Source: Candidatus Omnitrophota bacterium
Lineage (GTDB): Bacteria > Omnitrophota > Gorgyraeia > Zapsychrales > Zapsychraceae
DNA length: 64,000 nt
Reading direction: 5' to 3'
NCBI GenBank assembly: GCA_029261055.1
Contig: JAJDCA010000015.1
Span: 83,998 to 147,997, forward strand
Made by a program: the position numbers and the translations under genes. The notes under the pieces were generated by a model. That model did not search any database. It was not told where the DNA came from and saw nothing but the letters and a program-made list of their open reading frames with translations. Each line of letters starts with the position of its first letter. Position 1 is the first letter of the stretch. Below, piece after piece: positions 36,780 to 47,300 of this stretch.

Positions 36780-38378
36780 ATGATTAAAAAAGTTTTTTGG
36801 ATTTTTACAGCTATGGTGGGTATTGGCAGCGTTTTAGCTTATTTGTTTTTTCCTCCGCTTTTATGGCTACTGGTTATTTTTCTCCCCATAATTTTTCTTG
36901 GTCTGAAAGATATGACTCAAACCAGCCATACCATTTTGCGTAATTATCCTGTCCTGGGACATTTTCGTTATTTGTTAGAGGAGATTCGACCTGAAATTAA
37001 TCAATATTTTGTTGAATCCAATCATGATGGGCGGCCATTTGCCCGGGAAGATCGAACTTTAGTTTATCAACGGGCAAAAGGTGTTTTGGATACGTTACCG
37101 TTTGGAACACAGAAAAATGTTTATGAGCATGGATATGAATGGGTTAATCATTCCTGGAAACCTGTAGAGGTTGACCCAAAAGATTTGCGCGTCACGATTG
37201 GTGGTCCGGATTGCAAAAAGCCTTATAGTGCAAGCATTCTTAACATCAGTGCTATGAGTTATGGGGCGTTAAGTCAGCCGGCTATAATGGCCCTTAATCA
37301 AGGGGCCAAAATGGGGGGATTTGCGCACAATACAGGAGAAGGAAGTGTGAGTCCATATCATCAAAAGGGCGGCGATTTAATTTGGCAAATTGGGACAGGG
37401 TATTTTGGCTGCCGTACAGCGGACGGGAATTTTAATGAAGAAACTTTTGCAAAAAAAGCACAGCTGGATGAAATTAAAATGATTGAAATTAAAATTTCTC
37501 AAGGGGCTAAACCCGGGCATGGAGGGATTTTGCCAGCCGCAAAATTAACAGAAGAAATTGCTGAGATTCGCCATGTGCCAATGGGTGAAGACGTTATGTC
37601 ACCCCCAGCACATAAAGCATTCTCGACGCCGCTTGAATTTGTGGGTTTTATTAAGAAATTGCGCGATTTGTCCGGTGGAAAACCTGTTGGTTTTAAATTT
37701 TGTGTCGGGCGAAGGCGTGAGTTTCTCGCCGTGTGTAAAGCTATGTTAAAAACAGGCATTACGCCGGATTTTATTACGGTGGATGGGGGAGAAGGTGGGA
37801 CAGGTGCGGCCCCGTTAGAATATTCTAATAGTATAGGATGTCCTCTTATGGAGGGATTAATTTTTGTTCATAATTCTCTCGTCGGGAGTGGTTTGCGTGA
37901 CAAAATAAAGATTATAACAAGTTCTAAAGTCTCCACGGGATATGGCATTATTAAACGTCTTGCTGTCGGGGCTGATGTATGTTATTCCGCCCGGGCGATG
38001 ATGATGGCTTTGGGATGTATTCAAGCTTTAAAGTGCAATTCTAATAAATGCCCGACAGGTGTTGCAACGCAAGACTCAGCATTGGCAAAAGGTTTAGTTG
38101 TTGACGACAAAAATAAACGTGTTGCCAATTTTCATAAGGAGACAGTTGAGAGTGTCGCCGAAATGTTAGGTTCCATGGGGTTAGAACATACGAGTGAATT
38201 ACGGCCATGGCATGTTATGCGTCGAGTTAATCCAACAGAAACAAAACATTATGGAGAACTGTATAGATATTTAAAACCCGGCGTATTGTGTGGGGATGAT
38301 ATTCCAGCGCACTATAAAAGAGCCTGGGATTCGGCTTGTCCGACAAGTTTTGACCATGTTACTCTAATTAAGAAATAA
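36780..38378 (+). CDS. Membrane-anchored FMN-binding glutamate-synthase-family protein (GltB domain-2 homologue, PF01645-like)
   Basis: Two N-terminal TM helices followed by the GltS FMN domain (ITVDGGEGGTGAAPLEYSNSIGCP). Confidence 0.8.
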   Translation: MIKKVFWIFTAMVGIGSVLAYLFFPPLLWLLVIFLPIIFLGLKDMTQTSHTILRNYPVLGHFRYLLEEIRPEINQYFVESNHDGRPFAREDRTLVYQRAKGVLDTLPFGTQKNVYEHGYEWVNHSWKPVEVDPKDLRVTIGGPDCKKPYSASILNISAMSYGALSQPAIMALNQGAKMGGFAHNTGEGSVSPYHQKGGDLIWQIGTGYFGCRTADGNFNEETFAKKAQLDEIKMIEIKISQGAKPGHGGILPAAKLTEEIAEIRHVPMGEDVMSPPAHKAFSTPLEFVGFIKKLRDLSGGKPVGFKFCVGRRREFLAVCKAMLKTGITPDFITVDGGEGGTGAAPLEYSNSIGCPLMEGLIFVHNSLVGSGLRDKIKIITSSKVSTGYGIIKRLAVGADVCYSARAMMMALGCIQALKCNSNKCPTGVATQDSALAKGLVVDDKNKRVANFHKETVESVAEMLGSMGLEHTSELRPWHVMRRVNPTETKHYGELYRYLKPGVLCGDDIPAHYKRAWDSACPTSFDHVTLIKK

Positions 38379-38390
38379 AGGGGATTAATA

Positions 38391-40034
38391 ATGAAGGCAT
38401 CGGATTTATTTATTAAAGCATTAGAAAATGAAGGCGTTGAATATATTTTTGGAATTCCAGGTGAGGAGAACTTGGATTTTTTGAATTCATTAAAAGATTC
38501 AAAGATTAAACTTATTCTAACGCGGCATGAACAAGCCGCCGGTTTTATGGCCGCCACGTATGGACGGCTTACAGGAAAGGCCGGGGTTTGTCTTTCTACA
38601 TTAGGGCCGGGAGCAACCAATTTTGTGACGGCCGCAGCGTATGCCCAGCTTGGCGGGATGCCCATGCTGATGATAACGGGGCAAAAACCGATTAAGACAA
38701 GTAAACAAGGGCAGTTTCAGATAGTTGATATTGTGGACATGATGAAGCCGTTAACAAAATATACGAAGCAGATAGTCGATGGCGATAATATTCCTTCACG
38801 GGTTAGAGAAGCATTTCGGCTTGCACAAGAAGAGCGGCCGGGGGCTGTTCATTTAGAATTGCCTGAAGATATTGCAAAAGAAGATACGCAAGAATCATTA
38901 TTTGCTCGAAGCCTTGCGCGTCGACCTGTTGCCGAACAAAAAGCTGTCAGCAAAGCGATTGAGTTGATTGAACAAGCTAAAACGCCATTGCTTCTTATCG
39001 GCGCGGGGGCGAATCGGAAGTTGACATCCAAGATGCTTAAAAAATTTGTGGATACCTTTCAAATTCCGTTTGTGAGCACGCAAATGGGTAAAGGTGTGAT
39101 TGATGAACGGCATCCTTTACATTTAGGGAATGCATCACTGTCGGATAAAGATTTTGTTCATTGTGCGATTAATAAAGCTGATTTGATTATCAATGTTGGA
39201 CATGATGTTGTTGAGAAGCCTCCATTTTTTATGCAACACGGGGGTATAAAAGTTATTCATATTAATTTCTTAAGTGCATCTGTTGATCCGGTTTATTTTC
39301 CGCAAGTAGAAGTTATTGGTGATATCGCTAATAGTATTTGGCAGATTAAAGAAAAATTAACGAAACAAGAGCAATGGAATTTTTCTGATGTTTTAAAAAT
39401 TAAGCAAGAATTAGACGCACATTTGAAGATAGGTGTTGATGACAATAGATTTCCAGTTATTCCACAAAGATTCGTGGCCGAGGTGAGAAAAGCAATGCCT
39501 TCCGACGGAATCATTGCCCTGGACAATGGCGTTTATAAGATTTGGTTTGCGCGAAATTATATGGCGCACGAGCCTAATACTGTTTTGTTAGATAACGCAC
39601 TGGCCACCATGGGCGCAGGGTTGCCGTCTGCCATGGGCGCGAAGATTGTTCATCCCGATAGAAAGGTGATGGCGATTTGTGGCGATGGTGGTTTTATGAT
39701 GAATTCACAAGAATTAGAAACATCCGTTCGTTTGAAATTAAATATTGTGGTTCTTATTTTACGGGATAATGCTTATGGTATGATCAAATGGAAACAAACA
39801 GGAATGGGTTTTGAAAATTGGGGTTTGGATTATGGCAACCCTGATTTTGTTAAATATGCGGAAAGTTATGGAGCTAACGGACATCGTGTTAATGCCATTG
39901 AAGAGCTGGGTGCAATACTTGAAAAAAGTATTAATGAAGATGGTGTGCACCTTATAGAGGTTCCTGTTGATTATTCTGAAAATGAAAAAGTGTTAATTAA
40001 AGAGCTACATGGGCGAACATGCTCATCTGGATAG
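38391..40034 (+). CDS. Thiamine-diphosphate enzyme of the acetolactate synthase / pyruvate oxidase family
   Basis: N-terminal Pyr domain (GIPGEENLDFLNSL...GPGATN) and TPP-binding GDGGFMMNSQELET...N. Confidence 0.85.
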   Translation: MKASDLFIKALENEGVEYIFGIPGEENLDFLNSLKDSKIKLILTRHEQAAGFMAATYGRLTGKAGVCLSTLGPGATNFVTAAAYAQLGGMPMLMITGQKPIKTSKQGQFQIVDIVDMMKPLTKYTKQIVDGDNIPSRVREAFRLAQEERPGAVHLELPEDIAKEDTQESLFARSLARRPVAEQKAVSKAIELIEQAKTPLLLIGAGANRKLTSKMLKKFVDTFQIPFVSTQMGKGVIDERHPLHLGNASLSDKDFVHCAINKADLIINVGHDVVEKPPFFMQHGGIKVIHINFLSASVDPVYFPQVEVIGDIANSIWQIKEKLTKQEQWNFSDVLKIKQELDAHLKIGVDDNRFPVIPQRFVAEVRKAMPSDGIIALDNGVYKIWFARNYMAHEPNTVLLDNALATMGAGLPSAMGAKIVHPDRKVMAICGDGGFMMNSQELETSVRLKLNIVVLILRDNAYGMIKWKQTGMGFENWGLDYGNPDFVKYAESYGANGHRVNAIEELGAILEKSINEDGVHLIEVPVDYSENEKVLIKELHGRTCSSG

Positions 40035-40044
40035 GAGAAAGAAT

Positions 40045-41439
40045 ATGTCTGAAAAAATAAAAGTAACGTCACCCTATGATGGGCATTTGATTAAAGAGAT
40101 TGATCTGGATGATTGGGCAAAAGTTGATGGGATGTTGGCAACGGCTAAATCATTAGCCGATGACAGACGTCAATGTTTAATGATTCCTGAACGTATTAAA
40201 ATTTTAGAAAAGACGGCACAGTTAGTTGAAGATCGTCTAGAAAATTTTGCATTGCAAGCCGCTGAAGAAGGAGGGAAGCCGCTTATTGATTCTCGTGTGG
40301 AGTTAGTACGTGCGGTTAACGGTATTCAGGAAGCTGCGCGATCTCTTAATCATTTGGTGGGGCGTGAAATTCCGATGAATCTTAATGCCGCTTCACTGAA
40401 TCGCATGGCGTATACATTAAGAGAGCCGATAGGGGTTGTTATTGCCGTTAGTGCCTTTAACCATCCTTTTAATCTTATTGTGCATCAGGTTATTCCCGCT
40501 GTTGCAGTTGGTTGTCCGGTTATCGTTAAGCCAGCGGAGACAACCCCGATTTCATGTATCAATTTATTGAATTGTCTTTATGAAGCCGGCTTGCCTAAAG
40601 AATGGGCGCAAATGACGTTATGTAATTTAGAGAATGCAGAAAAATTGGTTACGGATTCTCGGGTGGCTTTTTTGACTTTTATCGGTTCGGCGAAGGTGGG
40701 TTGGATGTTACGGTCAAAAGTAAATCCCGGTGTGCGTTGTGTCCTGGAGCATGGTGGGGCGGCACCTGTTATTGTTGAACCGGATGCAGATATCGATGCG
40801 ATGTTGCCGCTTTTAACTAAAGGTGGATTTTATCATGCAGGTCAGGTTTGTGTTTCTGTTCAGAGAGTTTTTGTGCACGAGTCGATAGTGGATAAGGTTT
40901 CTAAGGGATTGGTTGAATTAGCCAAGAAATTAGTTGTTGGTGATCCTTCGGATACAAAAACAGAAATCGGTCCGCTTATTTTGGAACGCGAAGTTGACCG
41001 CGTTGATCAATGGGTGCAAGAGGCAAAGCAAGGTGGCGCTGAAATTCTAACCGGGGGTAAAAAACAAGGAACAACTTGTTATGAACCGACAATTATTTTG
41101 AATCCTCCCAAAGCCGCTAAAGTTTCTACCGAAGAAATTTTTGGACCTGTGGTATGTATTTATTCATACAAAGATCGCGATGAAGCGATTAAACAGGCGA
41201 ATGATGTTCCGTTTTCTTTTCAAGCGTCCGTGTTTACAAAAAATTTAGATGTGGCCTTAGATACCATGAAACGCTTGGAGGCCCTTACCGTCATGATCAA
41301 CGACCATACCGCTTTTCGTGTTGACTGGATGCCTTTTGGTGCCCGTAAGAAGTCAGGATTAGGTGTTGGCGGCATTGTTCCTACTATGGAAGAAATGACA
41401 GAAGAAAAAATGTTTGTGATAAAAACTGTTGAACAATAA
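40045..41439 (+). CDS. NAD(P)-dependent aldehyde dehydrogenase
   Basis: ALDH fold with the catalytic Cys region (GQVCVS) and Glu region (LEHGG). Start at 40045 after an AGGAGAAAG RBS (ORF track start 40009). Confidence 0.85.
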   Translation: MSEKIKVTSPYDGHLIKEIDLDDWAKVDGMLATAKSLADDRRQCLMIPERIKILEKTAQLVEDRLENFALQAAEEGGKPLIDSRVELVRAVNGIQEAARSLNHLVGREIPMNLNAASLNRMAYTLREPIGVVIAVSAFNHPFNLIVHQVIPAVAVGCPVIVKPAETTPISCINLLNCLYEAGLPKEWAQMTLCNLENAEKLVTDSRVAFLTFIGSAKVGWMLRSKVNPGVRCVLEHGGAAPVIVEPDADIDAMLPLLTKGGFYHAGQVCVSVQRVFVHESIVDKVSKGLVELAKKLVVGDPSDTKTEIGPLILEREVDRVDQWVQEAKQGGAEILTGGKKQGTTCYEPTIILNPPKAAKVSTEEIFGPVVCIYSYKDRDEAIKQANDVPFSFQASVFTKNLDVALDTMKRLEALTVMINDHTAFRVDWMPFGARKKSGLGVGGIVPTMEEMTEEKMFVIKTVEQ

Positions 41440-41445
41440 AAAGGA

Positions 41446-41688
41446 GTGACAATGAATGAGTTAACTTTATACTACAAACAAACGTGTCCGTATTGCAGTA
41501 AAGTCCTTCATTTTATGCAAGAAAAGGATATAAAGGTTGAACTTAAAAGTACGGAAAATGATGATAATAGAAATGAATTAATTCAGCTGGGCGGCAAACC
41601 ACAGGTGCCTTGTCTTGTCATCAAAGGAACAGCAATGTATGAATCAGATGATATTATTCAATGGTTTCAAGAAAATTTAGCCTCATGA
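41446..41688 (+). CDS. Glutaredoxin
   Basis: CPYC active site (TCPYCSKV). 80 aa. Confidence 0.8.
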   Translation: MTMNELTLYYKQTCPYCSKVLHFMQEKDIKVELKSTENDDNRNELIQLGGKPQVPCLVIKGTAMYESDDIIQWFQENLAS

Positions 41689-42509
41689 GAAAATATAATT
41701 TAATAATTTTAGCTGGTGGTGAGGATGAAGACTGGTGTCATCAGTACGGCTGTAAAAGAAAAGCTGAATTGCCGCTTTATGGTAAGCCGATGATTGATTT
41801 GGTTGTCGATGCTTTTCATAAAAGTTCATATATCGATCAAATTATAGTTGTTGGGCCTAAAGATCTTGATCAACTGAAATCAATGAAGCATGTTCATAAG
41901 CGGCTTAATGAAGGGAAGTCATTTATTCAAAATCTTCTTAAGGCCGTATATTACATTAAATCGTCGATTTACAAATTTTCTAATAATCATAATGGTTATC
42001 TTATTTCGTTTTGTGATGCAGCCCATCTCAATACAAAGATTATTAATGCAACTTTAGAAAATATGTCTCGGCATGATGCGGGGCTTGTTTTGCATTATGT
42101 AGAAAAAGAAACTATTTCTCAAAGTGGCTTTCCAATTGAAAATCGCACTTTTTTACCTATTGGCGGAAAAAAATATTCAGGTTCTAATATCTATTACGTA
42201 AAGAAAGCCCGGTCGCTGCTGAATGTGGTGTGGGATATTATTAATCTTCGGAAATTACGCAAAGAACCGAAAGAATTTTTAAAATATTTAGATTGTGAAG
42301 AGGGGGGTTGGCCAAAAATTGAAAAAGTTGTAGAACAACATATGCGAACAAAAGTTAAAGTTTTTGTGTCTCCTTTTGCAGAAATGGGTGTGGACGTCGA
42401 TAAACCAATTGATTATGAATTAGCCAAACTGCATACAGCCAAATCGCGCAAGAAGTTTTTAAAGCAGAATGAAGCATCCTCAAGTAACCTCATGCATAGT
42501 CAGAGATAA
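41685..42509 (+). CDS. MobA-like NTP-transferase family nucleotidyltransferase
   Basis: N-terminal LIILAGG nucleotide-binding motif. ATGA overlap with the glutaredoxin stop. Confidence 0.6.
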   Translation: MRKYNLIILAGGEDEDWCHQYGCKRKAELPLYGKPMIDLVVDAFHKSSYIDQIIVVGPKDLDQLKSMKHVHKRLNEGKSFIQNLLKAVYYIKSSIYKFSNNHNGYLISFCDAAHLNTKIINATLENMSRHDAGLVLHYVEKETISQSGFPIENRTFLPIGGKKYSGSNIYYVKKARSLLNVVWDIINLRKLRKEPKEFLKYLDCEEGGWPKIEKVVEQHMRTKVKVFVSPFAEMGVDVDKPIDYELAKLHTAKSRKKFLKQNEASSSNLMHSQR

Positions 42510-42652
42510 GTATCCTTTCCAAACCCTGTCCGGCAACCGTTATGTCAAACGATTCAACGGCTGGAATCAGCTAACAACTCTTTTGTATGCCCAAGTATTC
42601 CCCCATAATTACCTTTCTTGACAATAAACGAACGATCGTTTAATATCGCAAA

Positions 42653-43228
42653 ATGCGACAATCAGATGAAAATAAAAAAATAGCTATTGGAAAAGCGGCC
42701 ATTCAACTTATTAATTCGGTTGGGTTTGATGGTGCGTCTATATCAAAAATTGCAAAGGTTGCAAATGTTTCACCTGCGACTATCTATACATACTTTGAAA
42801 ACAAGGAAGATATGTTGCTTAAGCTTTATGTGATGGTTAAAAAAGAGCTTGCCATTGCTTTACTTCAGGGTTTAGACGAATCATTGGATATTAAAAAAGG
42901 TATACATTTGATGTTTGAAAGTTTAATTGCCTATTCTGAGAAAAACATTGAAAGTTTTGCGTTTAAAGAGCAATTTGCAAATTGTCCGCTTGTGGCAAAT
43001 GTTTGTGAAGATGAAGAGTTGAGAGCTGTCATTGAGCCGTTAAAATCGTTTATAGAAAAAGGCAAGAGGCAAAATATTCTTAAAGAGGTGTCGATTGAAT
43101 ATATTGGAGCATATCTTTTTCATCCAATTTCAACTCTTATTAAAAGAAAGTATGCCCACCAAGAAAAATTGACAGAAGAAGAAAAGAATCTTATGTTCGC
43201 AATGGGATGGGATGCTATTAGGAAATAA
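42653..43228 (+). CDS. TetR-family transcriptional regulator
   Basis: N-terminal HTH (ISKIAKVANVSPATIYTYF). Confidence 0.8.
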   Translation: MRQSDENKKIAIGKAAIQLINSVGFDGASISKIAKVANVSPATIYTYFENKEDMLLKLYVMVKKELAIALLQGLDESLDIKKGIHLMFESLIAYSEKNIESFAFKEQFANCPLVANVCEDEELRAVIEPLKSFIEKGKRQNILKEVSIEYIGAYLFHPISTLIKRKYAHQEKLTEEEKNLMFAMGWDAIRK

Positions 43229-43240
43229 AGGAGAATCATC

Positions 43241-44338
43241 ATGCAAAAAAATAAATTGATACATACCGTAACACTTTCCTTAACATTGATCGGTTTGTGT
43301 TTGTCAGCTATCGGATGTTCTAAAAAGGCTAAAGCGGAAGATCCTAAACCATCCGGGCCTATGTCTGTTAACGTGGTTGGTTTTAAAACACTTCAAAAAG
43401 ATTTATCCGACACTATTTTTGTTGTAGGAACGCTTGTAGCTAATGAATCGGTCAATATCACCAACGAGATTAACGGTATTATTCAAAGTATTAATTTTAA
43501 AGAAGGTCAAAAGGTTGAGAAAGGCGATGTTTTGTTTCAGATTGAAAAGAATAAACTGCAGGCCGGATATGACCAGGCTGTAGCGAATTTGAGGTTGGCG
43601 GAATCGACGGCTAAGCGTTATAAAAATTTGGTGCAGTCCAAGGCTGTATCTCAACAGGAATATGATGAGACGGTGGCAACTCTTGCCTCGAATCGGGCAG
43701 CAGTTCAATTGGCGAAAGAACAACTGGAAGACGCAACGATTATTGCCCCCTTTAGCGGAGTGATGGGTGAACGAATGATCAGCATAGGACAGTTTGTCTC
43801 ACCTGGAGCCCAGTTGAGTTCTTTGTACAATCAAGATCCGATTAAGGTTGCCTTTCATGTGCCGGAGAGGTATCTCGGTGATGTTGCTATCGGACAAATG
43901 ATCGAAATGAAAGTGGCTTCTTATAGTGACAAAACCTACAACGGGGATGTGTATTTTATTGATCCCAAGATTGATGAAACCACGCGTACAGTTTTGGTTA
44001 AAGCGTACGTCGATAACCCCACAGGTGAACTGCGCGAAGGCATGTTTGCCAATATTGAATTAATTGTAGAGATTCGTAAAGATGCTATTTTGATTCCGGA
44101 AACCGCGCTGATTGTCAAAGCTGATGAGGTGTTTGTTTATGTGGTCAAAGAAGATCAAACGGTTGAATTACGTTCAATTCAGACGGGGGCCCGAAATAAG
44201 GGAATGGTGGGTGTTCGTGAAGGATTAAGTAAAGAGGAAGTTGTTATTGTGGAGGGGTATCAAAAATTAGGACCGGGATCTCCGGTTAATGTACGCTTCG
44301 AAGATGTGACTGAGAAAAAACCTTATGAAATTATCTGA
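43241..44338 (+). CDS. RND efflux periplasmic adaptor (membrane fusion protein) lipoprotein
   Basis: Lipobox (AIGCS), biotinyl/lipoyl-like and beta-barrel MFP domains. It overlaps the RND start. Confidence 0.8.
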   Translation: MQKNKLIHTVTLSLTLIGLCLSAIGCSKKAKAEDPKPSGPMSVNVVGFKTLQKDLSDTIFVVGTLVANESVNITNEINGIIQSINFKEGQKVEKGDVLFQIEKNKLQAGYDQAVANLRLAESTAKRYKNLVQSKAVSQQEYDETVATLASNRAAVQLAKEQLEDATIIAPFSGVMGERMISIGQFVSPGAQLSSLYNQDPIKVAFHVPERYLGDVAIGQMIEMKVASYSDKTYNGDVYFIDPKIDETTRTVLVKAYVDNPTGELREGMFANIELIVEIRKDAILIPETALIVKADEVFVYVVKEDQTVELRSIQTGARNKGMVGVREGLSKEEVVIVEGYQKLGPGSPVNVRFEDVTEKKPYEII

Positions 44339-47300
44339 AATAAGTATTAAACGCCCTGTGTTAGCCACGATGATGAATTTGTTGTTGATTCTCTTTGGAG
44401 TGGTTGGCTTATCCCGTCTTCCGGTGCGTGAGCTGCCGGATATTGACCCACCGATTGTCAATGTGCAAACGGTTTATCCAGGGGCCAGTGCCCAGGTTAT
44501 TGAAACTCAGGTGACTGAACCGTTGGAAGATGCTTTAACCAGTGTCGAGGGGATCAAAAAAATTACGAGTGAAAACCGGGAACAATTAAGTTCTATCACG
44601 ATTGAATTTAATTTATCCGAGGATGTGAACGTGGCGGCTCAGGATGTGAGGGATCGTGTTGCAAGAGTACGCGGGCGTTTACCTGATGATATTGACGAAC
44701 CCATTGTGTCAAAGCAAGACGCCGACGCGAGCCCGTCGATTTGGGTGGCGTTGTTTAGTGAACGATTTTCTACGCTTGAGCTTACGACGATTGCAGAAAA
44801 TTTATTTAAGGATCGTTTACAAACCGTTCCCGGTGTGAGTTCTGTTATTCTCGGTGGATCCAAACGTTTTGCTATTCGTATTCGGCTTGATTCCAAAAAG
44901 ATGGCAGCGCGTGGCCTTAGTGTGCTTGATGTAGACCGTGCCTTAACTGAGCAAAGTGTTGAGCTTCCCAGTGGACGTATTGAAAGTCTGCAACGTGAGC
45001 TGTCCATTGAAACGCGCGGACAGCTCAAAAATCCTGACGAATATAATAATCTTGTTATCCGACGTGAGGGCGATGATCTAGTCAGGCTTAAAGATATCGG
45101 TTTTGCTGAAATCGGTGTGGAGGACGAACGGTCTATAGCGCGTTATAACGGCAAACCTGCCGTCGGGATTGGGGTTATTAAGCAGTCTAAGGCCAATATT
45201 ATTGATGTGGCCACAGCACTCAAAGTTGAGCTCGAACGTATCCAGCCCATGATTCCAGAGGGGATTAATTATAATATTCCTTATGACGAATCGATTTATA
45301 TTGAGAAGTCTATTAAGGAAGTTTGGATCACTCTTGCGATAGCGTTTATTTTGGTTATTGGGGTAATCTATATTTTTCTGCACAATGTTCGCTCCACATT
45401 GATTCCGAGTATTACGATTCCTATTTCTATTATTGCCACGTTCGGCATTTTATATTTTTTCGGATATTCTATTAATATTGTGACCATGCTCGCGTTTGTT
45501 TTGGCGATCGGACTTGTGGTAGATGATGCGATTGTTGTTCTGGAAAATATTCACCGGCATATTGAAGAGGGCTTATCGCCGTTTCAGGCATCTTTGCTCG
45601 GGATGAAGGAAATCGGATTTGCTGTTATTGCGACAACGGTTGCCCTTGTGGCTGTATTTCTTCCCATGGCGTTTCAGACAAGTGATACCGGACGGTTATT
45701 TATTGAATTTGCGGTTGCGATTTCATTCAGTGTGATTATTTCGACATTTGTCGCGTTAACTCTTGCGCCGATGATGTGTGCTCGGGTTTTAAAACCTCAT
45801 CATGAAAATCAACGCCAATCATTTCTTTTGAAATTTGAACAATGGTTGTACCGCCGGCGTAAAGGTTATTTAAAAATGTTGGGTTTTACGTTTCGTCATA
45901 TGAGCATTGTGTTTGGTATTTGTGTTTTAGCCGTGGCGGGCGCGTTTTATTTCTACTTAAATTTGGAAAGTGAGTTTCTTCCCGAGGAAGATAAAGGGCG
46001 ATTGTTTTGTATTGTCCTGGCGCCTGAGGGATCAACCAGTGAATATACGGATCGCATGGTGCGAAAGATGGAAGCTATTATACAATCGACACCGGAAGTT
46101 GACGGGTTTTTTACAGCCGTGGCTTTGGCGCGCGGCGGTCCGGGGCAGGCTGCGCAAGGATTATCCTTTATTCGGTTAAAAGAAAAGCGAGACCGTCATG
46201 TACGGGATATTGTCGGCGGACCGACGGGTTTTCGCTCACAGTTCTTTACAACCATTGAAGGTTCATTGGTGATCCCGATTATTCCCAAAGCCATCGGCGG
46301 TGGTTTTTCTCAACCTTATCAGCTTGTCCTTCAGCATCAGGATTTACATGAATTAAATCGTATTGCTGAAGAGTTTAGTAATACTTTGCGTCAGGAAGGG
46401 TTTCTTTTAAATGTGCGTTCTACATTTGAATTAAATAAACCTGAATTACGCGTGCACATTAACCGTAACCGTGCGGCGGTTCTTGGTGTTTCGGTTCAGG
46501 ACATATCACGTGTTTTACAAATTCTTTTCGGTGGATTGGATTTGGCTAAAGTAAATTTAGAGGGGAAGGAATATGATGTTATTGTTCAGTTGGAACGTGC
46601 ATCACGTTTATCTCCGTCGGATTTGGAAAAGATTTATATTCGCAATAATAATGGACAATTGATTCAGTTGAATAATGTCATTGATTATGAAACAGGAGGC
46701 GGGCCTAGTGCGATCAATCACTTCAATCGTCTGCGTTCAGCCACGATTGAGGCCACACCGTTGGATATTCCATTGGGGACGGCGATAGAACGGACTGAGA
46801 AATTATTAAAGGAAAGCAATATCCAAGGGCTTCGATATGAATGGAATGGGGAGGCTTTGGATTTAAAAGAGTCTGGAAGCGAAACGGTCTTTGTCATCCT
46901 GCTTGCGATTTTGATTATTTACATGGTTTTGGCGGCCCAGTTTGAAAGTTTAAAAGATCCACTGGTGATTATGTTTACTCTTCCACTTGCGGTCTTCGGG
47001 GCTTTGGGTTCCTTATGGTTGTTGGCGTATGTGGACCGTATGGCTGTTTCGGGCGTTAGCTTTTTACCGCGTATTCCGGCCATGGGCATCAATCTGTTCA
47101 GTCAGATTGGAATTATTATGCTGATCGGTATTATTACAAAAAATGGTATTCTTTTGGTGGATTTTGCCAATCAGGAAATGGCAAAAGGACAAGATGCGAT
47201 GCGCGCTATGTTGGGTGCGGGTAAGATGCGTTTTCGTCCGATTCTTATGACGGCGTTTTCAACCATAGCAGGGATTTTACCGATTGCCATTGGTTTTGGG

